Assembly (NCBI RefSeq): GCF_027921745.1
Contig: NC_079238.1
Span: 1,302,001 to 1,366,000 of the forward strand
DNA from: Schizosaccharomyces osmophilus
Taxonomy: Eukaryota
DNA: 64,000 nucleotides
Direction: 5' to 3'
Shown here: positions 13,089 through 26,213 of the stretch, piece after piece
How positions within the stretch are numbered: the first letter of the stretch is position 1
Layout of the letters: each line of letters begins with the position of its first letter
Program-made: the position numbers and the translations under genes
The notes under the pieces: generated by a model
Databases searched by the model: none
Seen by the model: only the letters and a program-made list of their open reading frames with translations
What the model was told of the DNA's origin: nothing

Positions 13089-15240
13089 TTACCATATACG
13101 CTTTGAAAACATCGAGTATCGCTCTAATGTGAGTAGTTGGCCCTTACTGACGGGCAAATCATCTTTGGAGTTGTTAAGATACGCTTTGGTTGGATTGTCG
13201 ATTTCCTGATACATGAATGTTAGCTTAATTTTATCAAGAATATCAAATGTTCTCTTACAATATGTCCTCTGAAAAAATTGTTTGTCTTGCGTTCTTTTTC
13301 CCACGTTTCCGTATCTTCCTCTCGTACTTTCATAGACCTGTATCTGGATTGAGCAAAAGAAAGGAGAGCCATTCCCAAAATGAGTTTGAGCATGAGCAAA
13401 ATAAAGAACAAAATAGCTATTCCTGCTTTTCCTTGTAACCAGGATAAGAAAATCGATTCCCATGAAGGTTCTTTTTCAATGTTGTAAACATGAGATTGTC
13501 CTTTTGGTAGGTAATAAATGTAATTATCTCCGGTAGGTAGAAGCACTCCCATTGATTTGGCAATTTCTTGTTTCATGGAATGTGTTGATCGAAACATACT
13601 CCATGTTTGCATGGACGTCCGAATAAACACACAGACAAGGGGAAGAACTGGAAGGCCCATTCTTCGTGCAACATGCTGGGATTTCCCAGTGACAGTCTAA
13701 AAATGGTTAGCTTTAGTTTCGACTAAGAAAAAGGACATCGTCCTAACCAACCTGAGCAGGCCGTCCACCAGAAGCAACATAATCATGACAGAGGACGTCA
13801 GTAAATCTTCCATAAATACTCGGTTTAATATAATTAAACTTTGTGATAAAAGCATGCTTAAGCCAATCCACAAATAATTCAGAACCAATGACCCAAAAAA
13901 ATGGAGCCATTAGTGTTCCAAGACGGTCAAAAGTTATTAAGGGGGCATCTAGTGAGGAAGTAGTATACATTTCTGTTAGATTTCTTAAAAATATAACAGT
14001 CGCCATGACTGTAATCTGGAAACGCTCGATGACATCTGCGGAAATTAGTTTTGAGTTTTTCAAAAAAAGACATACCTGAACATGTCAACTGAAACAAATT
14101 TTCTTTTTCAAATTTTTTAAATACAGATCCTTTAATCTCTACCATCTGATTTGACATCAAGAGAGCAAGAACTGCATTAGAGTAAGAGTTCACAGTAACG
14201 TTTAAAGTAACTATTTGGTATAAAAGAACCAATGTGTGCAATACCATGTATGCAAGCGAGATAAAGTAGTAGTAGAAAAACCTTAGCCAACCTGAAAGAT
14301 CCAAAAAATGAAAGGAAAGATTGTAATCAGCAAACAAACAATCAAGAACGTCTTGTCCTAAAGCACCACAAAGTCTATCCGCAATTTCCAAAACATTGTA
14401 TAAAACATAAAAACGAATGCTAGCTTGAGCTCGAATAACATGATATAGGCGACTAACATCAAGCCTTCGAATTAAAATACTTGTCGAAAGTAATAAAGAG
14501 ACTTTTATAAGATCAATTTTTCTGCATCTGGAAAAAGCAATTGAGGATACTTTACTGCTAGGGAATAGAAAACGGAAGGCATTATAAAAAACGAATTGAA
14601 ATAACAAGAAAATGGATAGGAAAATGCGTATGGGTAAAAGGGTGAAGACGTAGAGAAAGCTGTCGACGCAAACAAACCATCCATAAAGAAGAGTCTTTTC
14701 AATGGAGAGTGGAGTAGCAAAGAAATTTTTGATCATTGTTTGTTTGATTGGATTCGCAGATACAGTATCAGAGGCCGTCAACTCTAGGCAAACATAATCC
14801 CAAAAGCTCCGTAGCCGTAACCTTGCCATTCGAAATCTGGAAACTGGCATCGGTTGTGATTTCTCTTTCACTTGATCGCTTTGATTATAATCATAATTCT
14901 CTCGTGGAGCAAACGAGGAATGCGTTCTTTGTCCGGGGGTAAAGTTGCTTCTAGAAGAGATACAAGAAGTGGAACCAAGGTTCTCAACGGATGCGCTTCT
15001 TTTATTAAGTAAAGGAGGAACACTTTTTTCCTTTTCCTTTTGAGTGATCACGAATTCTTGCTGATGCTTCAACTTTTCAAACGGTAAAGATCTGCTTGAA
15101 GTATGTGAACGGTTGTACGTCTCGGAATCATGAGAAGGATCCTGAAATTTTATTCTTTGATATATTTTTGGAGATAATCCACTTACATTCTTCTCTTTCG
15201 GGGGACCCATTGGTTCAGCAGCATTTTTCGTTTCTGCCAT
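13089..15240 (-). CDS. emp65: ER membrane protein Emp65/TAPT1 family; exons 15240-14076, 14035-13752, 13696-13259, 13205-13089
   Basis: Family motifs SNQMVEIKGSVFKKFEKENLFQLTCSDVIERFQ, VDWLKHAFITKFN, C-terminal ERYSMFSKRIW; three introns with CTAAY branch points restore one frame. Confidence 0.9.
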
Positions 15241-16761
15241 GATTCTTTCGGTGGACGATACGAATAAATCAATTATGATTATAATGTGTGTCTTTGCAAA
15301 ATATAATAAATAGAAGTATTGGTTCAATGCCAAGGATGAAAGTATTAAGATGTTGGAAATAACTGCGTTTAATAATTAAGACTCATACAACATTTCCTTT
15401 TATAAAAATATAAAGAAGGGATCAACAAACAAGCAGCGTAAACTTATTTCTATCAAAATAAAAGGGAGCTTGGATATTGTCGTTACGCCTGAGTATTAGT
15501 GCCTTCTCAAAAACCGAACCTTCAATTAAATAAATATTAGTACAATTAATCGAAAAGCTTTTCAACTATTCGTTTATTTCTTAAAAATTGCTTTGCCTAG
15601 GTTGGTTACTCTTCACAAAGGATAGGGGAATAATATTTAATATGTACGGGTTCTTTTATCGTAGAAGTAGTGACTACAACATGCTAAGCAGAAACAAAAC
15701 CTACAATGAATTTAATTGAAAAGCATTTATCGAGATAGAAAAGAGGATATAACTCGCGTTTATGCGAGAGACAGAATACATTGTCGTGTTTCTAATTGAA
15801 ATATCTATAAACGCGTTTCTACCATTCCTGAAATCCGCAGAGCTCCTCAATGGCAAAAATAAAGAATTTATTTATTAAAAAGAATTTTTTTTTCTATATC
15901 AAATAATTGGAGCAATTGAAAATAGTTGCCCTTGATTTTTTTTTTTTTTTTTGTTTACAAATAAACAAGATTCAATAAAGGCGTGTGTGAAAGGTTGAGC
16001 ATGCCTTGAATAGTTTTCAGTTTTTTTTTTTTTTTTGTATTCTAAAAATAAGAAAAACCCTAGAATACTTCGAGGATGTCGTCCTTGTGCGTACTCATTG
16101 CTTGTATTCCAAGTCTTGACTGTTCCATAATTTGCTTTTGTGGAATGAGTCTTTTCTTTTATATTATAAACAACTGAATAAACTAAGTCTACTAACTCTG
16201 TCATCTTCAGCTATAGATTTGAAGAATTTGCCGCTTTTGACATTGGAGTTAAACTAAGCAAATACATCCAGCATAAACGGAACAAAGGCCTAGCAAAATG
16301 TTTCGACTGGCTTTATGCCTTACAATTCCATTCTTTTCTCTGCAAACTACTTCAAACCATGGAATAGCAGGAAATGTTCCCAAGGATATCAACTCATACA
16401 AAATCCTTCTCTAAAGCGAAACCAAAATGCCTTTTAGAATTTACGTTCATTTAGTAAATTTCCCGTAGTTTTCCTTCTTGTTCTGTTGTTTGATATTTTC
16501 TCTTACTGACATGCGAAATTCTCAGACCCTTGCCTAGTAACATACAACTTAAAATTTATTCAGTCGGGGAGCTTGACTTAATCCATTGCATGTTTTGTTG
16601 TGTTTTTTGATTCTCTACGGAATCATATTGAGAAACTGGAAGAGGAAACTTCAATAGTAGAATCGTGCTTGCTACAAAGAGAAACGTCCATCCTCTTGAA
16701 AAGCCATCATCCTTTCCAGAAAAACACGAATTGATTAGTTCAGATTCCACAGCTCCTCAGA

Positions 16762-17706
16762 ATGGAAAATGTAAATATTTTTCGTGCACAAGAAAAGCGA
16801 TATAAATGCCCCGGTGATCTAGTACCAGATTTATCAGAAGTACTAGACACAAGGGATCCAAATTCTTACGGATACGATTGCTTACAAACTATACGTCCGG
16901 ATGTTTTCATATACTCCAAGGTTCCTGGGTTAATCATTTTGAGAAATTGTGTTTCACCTCACTTGCAAAAATATTTACTAGAAGAAATAATGTTTGGGCA
17001 ATTACAGGATGCTAAAAACAAAACAAATCTTTCTCCTTTTTACAAACTACCTTTGGAAACGGACAGTATTTGGAGACGGTACTATGATGGCAAAGAAAGT
17101 GACCTCGTGGAGGGGATCCCTCCTACAAAACCAGCTACGGTAGACAGACTCATTCAAAAAAAACTCCGTTGGATTACCCTTGGTGAACAATATGACTGGA
17201 CAGAGAAAGTGTATCCTGACCCATCGTTGTCTCCTCCTTTCCCCAGAACGCTGGCGAATTTCGTTGAAGATCTCGTGCAAAGCTACACAGACTACCGGAA
17301 ATGGAAAGCCGAGGCTGCCATCGTAAATTTTTACTCTCCTAGTGACACACTCAGTGCCCACGTTGACAAATCCGAAGAAGACCTAACACTTCCTCTTATT
17401 TCCCTTTCTATAGGATTAGACTGTATTTACTTAATTGGAGGATCAAGTCGCTCTGAGGTTCCAATGGCTTTGCGATTGCATAGCGGAGACGTGGTGATTA
17501 TGGCAGGGCCTTCAAGACAAGCATTCCATGGTAAGTTTTTGAGAATTTGAGGATATGGTAAGAACTAACTGAATTAACTCATAGCTGTGCCCAAAATTCT
17601 TGCATCAACGACTCCTTCTCATCTATTAACAGAAAGCGATCAATGGAACCGTTGGATTCGAACTAAACGCATTAACTTTAATATTCGTCAAGTACGAAAC
17701 TCGTAG
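16762..17706 (+). CDS. abh1: AlkB/ALKBH1-family Fe(II)/2OG dioxygenase Abh1; exons 16762-17530, 17585-17706
   Basis: LRWITLG.QYDW, AEAAIVNFY, HxD (HVD), FHAVP, RINFNIRQV; intron 17531-17584 GTAAGT..TAG. Confidence 0.93.
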
Positions 17707-18206
17707 ACTTCTTTCACAATATGGTTATTTTTTTACTTCACACATGCCTTGACTTTGTTTGGACTTGGGAACCAGAGGGAAATTCTAATCATTTCTTTGG
17801 TTAACTACTTTATTTAGAGCTTATTGTTCTCACTGAGAATGATGATTTTGTATAGACAATAGAAGAAAACATTTTATTACCAGACATTGCCTACATTAAG
17901 TTTTTGTCAACAATTCATGCTTCTTTATTTTTTGATATGAATATTTACTTGCTTCAATATTGTTATCGTTTCGCTCGTATGAATTTTCTACATCAACCGT
18001 TTCAAGCAAGGGAATCGTTTCACCTTTTCAATTAAAACTCGATCTCTTTTGATTGCTGTTATACAATTGTATATGATTGACTTTCCACATAAAACTTAAT
18101 AATTTTTGTTCGTCAGTCATCTACTTACACATAGTACTTTGTGGTTCAGTTTCTTCATTGATTTTTTGGTTCCTAGTCATCGTTCCCAAACATCCTCTTT
18201 ATAAAT

Positions 18207-19062
18207 ATGAATCAAGACCTTTTAAAAAATGCCGTAGAGTTTTTAAGACAGGATTCAATCACGAATGCTCCCGACGCTAAAAAGGTTGAATTTTTGAGTT
18301 CTAAAGGTCTAAATCAGGACGAGATTCAAAATGCAATCGCATTAGCTCAAAGTCCTATGTATAACGCAATGAAAAACTGCTCAAATAGTGAAAACACGCT
18401 TACGAGGGACTGGAGAGATTGGTTTATTATGGGTGTAATTTCAGGCGGATTTGCGTGGTCTGCTTGCACGTTAGTAAAGGTAATGGAATGCTTCGCAAGC
18501 TTGTATCTAACTGCTTTAGAAATACCTTGTTCCCATGTTAGAGCCCCCAAGCCCTAATGCATATGAAGAAGACAAGAATGCGTTAGATCGTAGGTTTGAG
18601 GAAGCTGAGAAGACGCTAGATTCTTTGTCAGAAACGACTAAAAATCTCGCTGAAAAAACAGAAAAGAACCAGGATGATCTTGATGGTGCTTTAGATGACT
18701 TGGAAGAGACGCTCAGTACTTTGCGTCGCGACTCCGATCAGCGAGATCGAGAAATTGCAAGGATTTCTCATGATGTTTATACCATGAGCGCTAAAACCCT
18801 CCCACAATCTTTAGAATTAATCCAAAAATCACAAGAAGAAGCATTGAAGAAGCTTACTGAAGAAGTAAAGCAACTTCAATCTTTACAACAAAACCTTCCA
18901 ACTTCATCAGAAAGTCTTAATGGTGCTGCAATCAATACAGACAACGTTAAGCAAGTGCCAAATCTCCAAAATGCGAGTAACGAAGAAGAGGCTACTTCTT
19001 CTCTACCCGAGTGGCAGGTGTCCATGCGCGCTCAAGCTACTGATGATGTGAACTTTTCATAA
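18207..19062 (+). CDS. pex14: Peroxisomal docking protein Pex14; exons 18207-18479, 18520-19062
   Basis: Pex14 N-domain AVEFL...KKVEFLSSKGLNQDEI, RDWRDWFIM TM segment, coiled coil, LPEWQ; intron 18480-18519. Confidence 0.93.
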
Positions 19063-19171
19063 ATTTACAAAACAGCGAGCATGAGTCAAAAGTTTAAACA
19101 ACTGGATATGAATATATTAGCTACGCGCCTGTGATTAATTTCATGCAAAGTACGAGCTACGTTGTACAAAC

Positions 19172-19174
<3 letters not shown>

Positions 19175-19201
<27 letters not shown>
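19175..19201. repeat. poly(T) tract, 27 nt, between the convergent pex14 and mpg2 3' ends
   Basis: Read directly from the sequence. Confidence 0.9.
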
Positions 19202-19202
<1 letters not shown>

Positions 19203-19315
19203 TTATAAAATTTTTTTTTCGTTTCTTATTCAGGCGTATAAATATATAAATCTATGTGATATTGCTTAAAGGAAAGTAAAGTGATTGCTTTATAACCAGT
19301 AGAATCGGGAGGCAT

Positions 19316-20700
19316 TTACATGACAATTTCTCCAACCAAGCCAACCTTGATCTCCTTATGAGGGAGAACGAGGCAGTTTTGAACACGAACCTCATCATGA
19401 ACATGACAATCGGCACCCATCACAGTTATAGCCTGTACTTTAACGTGATTACGCATGATGGTAGTAGAGTGCTGGCTGGGCAAGGTAGGGGATCCTTCTA
19501 CACGAGACCATTTACCAATTTTGCAGTTACGAGAAAGAATAGAGTGCAAAATAACAGCTTGAGAGGAAACCTCACAGTCTTCTTGAATAATGGAGTTACG
19601 AATACGGGCACCATCATCTACATGTACACGAGCGCCAATGAACACATTGGGACCAATTTTGGCTCCACGGCTAACTGTAGCAGATGGGTGGATGAAAACA
19701 GGCTGAATGATCTCAGCTTCAGTATCAGGATTGGGAAGGCTGCCATCGTGGTAAGCTTTTTGAAGGTAAAGAGAGTTGGCAGGGACGGCAGACCCAGCAG
19801 TTTTAATTTGGCGCCAGAATTCAGGAGTATTATAAGCAAAAATGGCTTTAGACGAGTCAGAGCATAAAGGAGCTAAGACATCGTCCTCCAAGCTCAAATA
19901 ATCTTCCATTCCATCATCCAAAGAACGAAGTTGCTTCTCAACTTCCTCAATACGACGCTCATAAGCCTTTTTAATTTCGTCGAAAATAGAGGCATCAAAA
20001 ACATAAACACCACAAGAAATGATGTTTGACAAGTAAGAACTAGGCTTATCGACATAGTGCAAAACACGGTTGGTGTTGGAGTCCTCAACAAGGCAACCAA
20101 AGTTACTGGCATCTTCCTTGTTTACCTTGGTAGCCATAAGGGTAACCAAAGCATTCTTTGCTTCGTGTGATTGCAACAACTCATTTAAGGGAAAGCTGCA
20201 GCAGACATCAGCATGCATAACAAACACGTTGTCTGTATGTCCTTTTAGAATTTGGTCACGGAAATGATACAATCCACCGCCTGTGCCTAAGCAGTTATAT
20301 TCACGGAGATACTTGATACGATGGAACATGGGGAACTCAACAGAGGCTTCATGGATGAAGTCTTTGAAGACAGACTCTTCATAAAAGCCAACTAGAAAAA
20401 CATCCTTGACACTTTCGACTTTTGACAAAGCTTGTAAGTGATGATGAATCATTTCACGACCTCCTATTTTAAATAAGGGCTATTAAACAAGTGTTAATCA
20501 CTATGAGCAATCGACGATCAATGACTCAAGTCTGTACTTACCTTGGGAACATCAAAAGAGAGAGGACGGAAACGGGTGCCACTAAACGATTTTTTTGTTA
20601 GATTTATGAAACTTGAGTCTAATTTTGAACTATGAGCACTTCATTGAATACACACATACCGAGATGGACCACCGACGAGAATGACCGCAGACGAAATCAT
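19316..20700 (-). CDS. mpg2: Mannose-1-phosphate guanyltransferase alpha-type (GMPPA-like) Mpg2; exons 20700-20660, 20581-20542, 20479-19316
   Basis: Spliced N-terminus [36 protein letters not shown]; C-terminal hexapeptide repeats; two canonical introns. Confidence 0.93.
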
Positions 20701-21892
20701 ATTTCCAGCTTTCACGCTAAACAGAAAAACAACCAAGAAATGAAGGATTTAATAACAATTCCAAACTTTTTTTGGAACTCTCGTATGGTGCGTGGTTGGT
20801 TTTCGACAAGGTTGTTTTTGCCCTGTACGAGAAGTCGCTGCAGGAACAGTGGACATGAGGTTGATGTAACGTAGCATCTACCAACTGTTAAGATGAACAC
20901 GAGTCTATGTTTTCCATAGGTAATAGATGCTATGTAAGTTGTTTAAAAAACAATAAAAATTCAATAATAGTTGTGGAACAATATAAAATTCGTAAATCCG
21001 TTGAATTTAAGAAGTGTTTACACGCATGACATTCAACAGTTTACATGATCAAAGTGAAACTAACGCGTTAAATCCGTAAGAGAAGCTATAAATGTCACAT
21101 TTGAAGAAGGAAATGATAAAACGCGAACTTGGTTGCTCTATTCAAAGTATTTCAAAGTTTTACGAAAGTCGATAGATTCTCAGAAGCAAAAGAATCAATT
21201 TAAAACGAAACAGAAAATCCTGGAAATCTCTGAGTTTGCAACAAGTCCTATAACTAGCTTCTTATTCTCCTATATTATTTCGGTTTCAAGCATGAATTCA
21301 TGCCTCGCGCCTTTTTTATGGATACAGATTGAGGTGCCAATGGCGATTGATAAATCAATAAAACTCTGCACTGCACCGAAAGTTATACAGCCTCTACTTT
21401 TCTGTTATAAATTGTTCAAGGGATCGGTTAGGCTGCCTAGTTGAATCGGACATTTGACATTCATGTGATGGGTACAAAAATAAAAGAACGGGATTCATAG
21501 TTTGATCAAAAAGCATGGTACGCTTGGTTTAAAATATCGAAGTTGAAAAGCTTTCTTCGTCTCTTACTGTTTATAAAGGTCACCTAAACATAGGAAGCAA
21601 AGGTACCCTTTTAATTGTATGAGATGAACTTTCTTTACATACCTCATGTATATTAAAAGGTAGTTTTTTATTCAATTACTGCCTACATATAGGTCTCCTG
21701 ATTATCACAATGGAAATGAACTTTTGCAGTTTTCAAGGATGTCAAGTTCGCTCACTACTCATACCAGATCATTTTTTCTCAATTCCTTAATTCTTTGAAA
21801 CGAAAAAATCTTTTCAAATCGTATAGTGTTTTCTAATCCTATTAAATCTTTTTTGCTTCATTTCCCTCTCTACTCACACTACTACTTCTCAA

Positions 21893-22947
21893 ATGAGAGG
21901 AAAGCCATTTATTTCTTTGAAGCGGATGGTACGATGAAAACAAATTATAGATAGTATAAAGTTCTTTAAGCTAACTAAAAATTAAAGCTTTTGCGCCCTT
22001 CATGGAACAAATTTAATCTATACAATATTGCTCGCAAGCAGTTACCTTCCCCAAGTAGCGGCACGCTTTTTCAAAAAAAATGGATTGCAAAACGTGAAAC
22101 AAGAGCATATCATGGACCTCAGCTACGTGAATATCAACTGAAAAACTCGTTTCAACCAAAAGTGCATGGAGTTACCCCTTCGCATGAAAACAAAAACCCC
22201 ATCCCCTTTATGTCACAGATGTATGCATTTATAGAATCACGACTGGATATGTCTATTCATCGTGCAATGTTTGCTTCCAGTGCTCTCCAAGCTCGTCAGT
22301 TGGTTGTGCACGGCAAAGTTAGTGTCAATGGTTTACCCGAAAAACGGAGCTACCGTGTGCTCAAACCAGGCGATCTGGTAACCGTTGAGCCCAAATTTGT
22401 TTTGCACTGTGTTTCTGCATTAAAATCCAAGAATTCACAACCAGCTTCTTCGGAAGCAAACACTTCTACCGAAAAGGATGGGACTTCTTCGAATGAATCT
22501 AAAGCGAACCCTTCCAACGAAGAGAACCAGGAAACGTCTTTGTCCAAATCAACTCTGGATTCTAAACTAGAAAGTGGTATGCATAACTTCTCTCCAAAAC
22601 CCTATATGGCTCTTATGGCTTTTATCCCCTCTTACCTGGAAGTATGCTTCCAAACATGCTCTTTTGTGTATGTGCGCGATCCAGTAGCGCGTCCAGGGCT
22701 TACAGAAGTTCCTTCCCCCTTCCCCGAGGATATTCATGCTCTTGCTTACAGCTACTACATTCGTAGTCGATGCATGCGTCAAGGTGCTGCTCATCGTCAA
22801 GCAAAACGCCTGTTCCCTCAACGAATCCATGATCCAGGATTCTTCCGTGGTCCTCGTGATTTGTATGACCCCAAGAAAAAATCTTCGAAGAACTCTTATT
22901 CTGAGAGATATCCTGTCCGCCGAACCAAGTTGCCCAAACTAGTATAA
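21893..22947 (+). CDS. nam9: Mitochondrial ribosomal protein uS4m Nam9; exons 21893-21928, 21988-22947
   Basis: SWNKFNLYN, FQKKWIAKRETRAYHG, S4 motif ESRLD...ARQLVVHG; intron 21929-21987 GTACGA..CTAAC..AAG. Confidence 0.92.
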
Positions 22948-23105
22948 GCATAAACGTAGCAGAATAATTTCAAATCCTTCATTTTTTGTATTAATTATTT
23001 ATGTAAATGATATATTCACTTTTATTCTATGGTAGTCAATTTGGTTGAGCTTGACAACCTCCAACATCTTCTTGTCGTTTCCTTTCGTGGGAAGGCCTCA
23101 AAATC

Positions 23106-23826
23106 ATGTCTTCAATGTACACGGAGCGATATACTGATTACGATCGAGGCCGTTCAGGCCATTCTCATAGAGGTCCTAGCCCTTATGAACGGTCAATGTC
23201 GCGGTCTTCAGGCTATTCCTATCGTTCCCACAGTCGTGGCTCTTATTCTTCAGCATCGCCATCTTCACGTTCCATCTCGCGTTCTCCTGAAAGGGCCCAA
23301 ACTACCGTATGCTTAAATCACCTTCCTATTACTCCGCTGTGGCAGTCTTCACTAACGACATGACAATTAGGTCTTTGTAGAGAATTTAACCCGGAATGTT
23401 ACGCGTGAGCATATCGCAGAAATATTTGGAATTTATGGTAGAGTAAATTCAATTCATATGCCTCTCTACAGAAAATGTATGGCTGCAATCAACTATGAAT
23501 TTTACTAACGTACGTTACCAGCTAAAACAAACATGGGTTTCTGTTATATTGATTATTCTTATCCAAATCAGGCTGCGAATGCTGTTGATAAAATGAACAA
23601 CGGTGAACTAGACGGCGAGGAGTTGTTTCTTTCCCTGAAGCGACCCGAGAGAAGAAATGACAGGAAAAGATTTTCCAAAGTTTCAGACAATTCTTACCGC
23701 CCAAATCGGTTTGACAATGATCTGCGCTACAGAAGGGGCAGAAGCCCTTCTTCACGTTCTCCAAGAAGTCTAAGTCGAAATCACAGTAGAGATTCTATGG
23801 ACTTTTCTTACTCTGGAAACAGGTAA
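23106..23826 (+). CDS. rns1: RNPS1-like SR/RRM exon-junction-complex protein; exons 23106-23306, 23371-23476, 23522-23826 (a possible further intron from 23823 would move the stop to 23881)
   Basis: RS-rich N-terminus; spliced RRM with RNP2 VFVENL(TRNVT) and RNP1 MGFCYIDY; RS tail; canonical introns. Confidence 0.85.
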
Positions 23827-24057
23827 AGTATTCACTTATTCAAATACTTGCTCTCTTCTAATGAGACCGAATAGACGTTAGATGCCATCTTCGCCAAAAA
23901 GGAAACATAAATAATTATTTACAATTCGCATTAGTTGTATTATACTCTTGTTTGTTACAATGAAAATAAGTTTTAATAATTTGAACCAAGCACCTTTTAT
24001 ATATATTAAAATGAACGATGATCATGGATCACCCGATAATAATTTTTACATTTATCA

Positions 24058-25806
24058 TTATGTTTCAAAAAATTGTTTAGGCCGAATACCAACACGTTGC
24101 AGCACTAACAGAGCGCTTCTGGAACAATTTAGTTTTTGAAAATCCCGACTTTTTAGAAAGCCCGGTAACAAGTAGTTAAGCACCAGGCCTTCTCTATTTA
24201 AATAACTAATTCTCCCAGAAATGTTCAAATATGAAGCAGCCGACAATGTACTCCACAGGTGAAATACGTGGCCTACCTCAGGAACATAGAGACCTCTTGT
24301 CTCAGAAGCATTTACCACATAAGCAATCTGCTTTTGCTTATGACTCTCCGGAATGGCTTCCCCTTTAAGAGGATAGCACTCAAATGATCGCAGTGGAGTC
24401 GTACCAATTCGTTGATATCGTTTGCAAAACCATGATGGGTCAAACTCTCTTGGAATTGTAATAAATATATTTTTTCTAGGAGCGTATCTCGAACGATAGT
24501 CTTTGTAGAGCTCAGCTAGAGTTTTTCGAACGGATTCGACAAACATGTCAGCCGATACTTCAATATTCTCATAAGACAGGGGTGAATCACCAACAGACAA
24601 ATAATAATTAGGGTTTCTAGCATACTCATATTGAATATCTTCAAGCCGCAGAGAACCTGTCCGTTGATCTTTCGTAACTTCGATCAGCAAGTGTTGTATC
24701 TTCTGCGTGGAATTAAAATTCCAGTAGGGTGGAATTTTACGATGGATCCCAATGATACCGAGTTGGTTTGTAATTTTCTTACCAACAAAATCAGCACATG
24801 GATAAGAATTTGTAGCAGATAAAAAAATGAGATTCGGCAACCAGCTGCCGCTTTTCATTTTTTTCTGGCGTTCTACCTCAGAAAGCTCTTTATTAATTCT
24901 CGAGCTCAAAGAGCGTTCTCTGCAAAGCTGGATGAAAGAAGAGAGTGAAGTGGCCGCAATACGTGGCTCTGGAGCCGCTAAACGACGCTGTCTCCCTTCC
25001 GTTGGAATGTAAAGGTCCGATTCATCAAAAATAATAGTCTTTAGATTTGGAAGGATGTGGTCCAAAATTGGATGGTTCAACCCTTTCAAGCGTTCCAAAT
25101 CTTTGTAGTCAGCAATGAGTAGAAACGGAAGGTCTCGCTTGATTGCCTCAAGGCCAAACAAGGAGACCTCCAAAATCTGTGAAATCTTTTGTAGGGGTTC
25201 TTGCATAGGTTCCCCCGTTGCAAGCTTTTCTATCCACGCTTGGTATTGCTGAGCAAGATTTTTGTTTGGTACCACGATGAGAACTTGACACCCATGCTCG
25301 GTTTCATTGGTAAACTTGTCCAAAAATTGGTAATAAAAAGACATTACTGCAACGAGTGCACTAAATGACTTACCTGACCCGTTCCATGCGCGTACCATAA
25401 AAGGAAAGCGATTCATTAAAGCGGCACGTAGAATGCGTATTTGGACAGGTGTAAAATATTTTATTTCAGGAAAATTAACTGATATTCCTTGCTTCACACT
25501 TTCATGCAATGGTAATTTATTATATCTCACTTGCGAACGTTCATGCTGTTGATTGATCATATAAAGATCACTCTCCCCTTGCCGTTTGTATTCAAGAGAA
25601 TATTTTTTTATATCATTTTCACTGACTATCCAGGTATTGCTATTTCCTTTCAAATGCTTTGACGCCCATCTTCGGCAAGTAAACTGAAATTTCTGGGGAA
25701 TTGCATGAAACCAGTAAGTCCTGAACAAAAGAGGATTTATTTTCATTCCTATTAATAAACTTGGACTTTGCTTGACATCAAAGTTTAAACGAGAGCCACA
25801 TTTCAT
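24058..25806 (-). CDS. mrh5: Divergent mitochondrial DEAD-box-like helicase (Mrh5)
   Basis: Q-motif-like FTPVQ, motif I NGSGKS, Ia VPNKNLA, II DESD, III SAT; basic N-terminal leader; syntenic position. Confidence 0.75.
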   Translation of the reverse strand: MKCGSRLNFDVKQSPSLLIGMKINPLLFRTYWFHAIPQKFQFTCRRWASKHLKGNSNTWIVSENDIKKYSLEYKRQGESDLYMINQQHERSQVRYNKLPLHESVKQGISVNFPEIKYFTPVQIRILRAALMNRFPFMVRAWNGSGKSFSALVAVMSFYYQFLDKFTNETEHGCQVLIVVPNKNLAQQYQAWIEKLATGEPMQEPLQKISQILEVSLFGLEAIKRDLPFLLIADYKDLERLKGLNHPILDHILPNLKTIIFDESDLYIPTEGRQRRLAAPEPRIAATSLSSFIQLCRERSLSSRINKELSEVERQKKMKSGSWLPNLIFLSATNSYPCADFVGKKITNQLGIIGIHRKIPPYWNFNSTQKIQHLLIEVTKDQRTGSLRLEDIQYEYARNPNYYLSVGDSPLSYENIEVSADMFVESVRKTLAELYKDYRSRYAPRKNIFITIPREFDPSWFCKRYQRIGTTPLRSFECYPLKGEAIPESHKQKQIAYVVNASETRGLYVPEVGHVFHLWSTLSAASYLNISGRISYLNREGLVLNYLLPGFLKSRDFQKLNCSRSALLVLQRVGIRPKQFFET

Positions 25807-26213
25807 GAAGCTGGCAAAAAACCTAAGGAAGTAGAAACTTCAGAGATGAGGTGGATGGAATGATCTGGTACAAGGAATCTGTGGTTGTTTGAACATCGTC
25901 CTGCTATTTATGTATATTGAAGAGATAAATTATAGGTTTCAATGAGTATAGTTTTAAGTTATACATGCGCTGCCTCTAAATTTCAGCATTGGAATTTTCA
26001 CAAGCTAGAAATTTATGCAAATTATTATGATTGAAAAATCGCGAAACAAAATGTTTGTTACATAGAAGAGATTAGCTAAATGAACCTAAGCATTACGTTT
26101 TTGAGCTTAAGTAAATTGTGAATTACCTTGCTCGGGAAAAACACAATCAATAGATATGTCAAATTACCAAAAAATCTAAATGTATTACAAAAATAAGATA
26201 TCCCACTCCCCAA

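Noticed and set aside
1259..17706. ASCC3-like helicase near an AlkB-family gene as an alkylation-repair cluster
   Set aside because: Abh1 is ALKBH1-type, not the ALKBH3 partner of ASCC3; five unrelated genes lie between them; this is ordinary conserved synteny
19358..19867. 169-aa antisense ORF and the many other 60-140 aa overlapping ORFs in the track
   Set aside because: They are shadow frames of well-supported genes, with no motifs and often TTG/GTG starts that are not typical in this eukaryote
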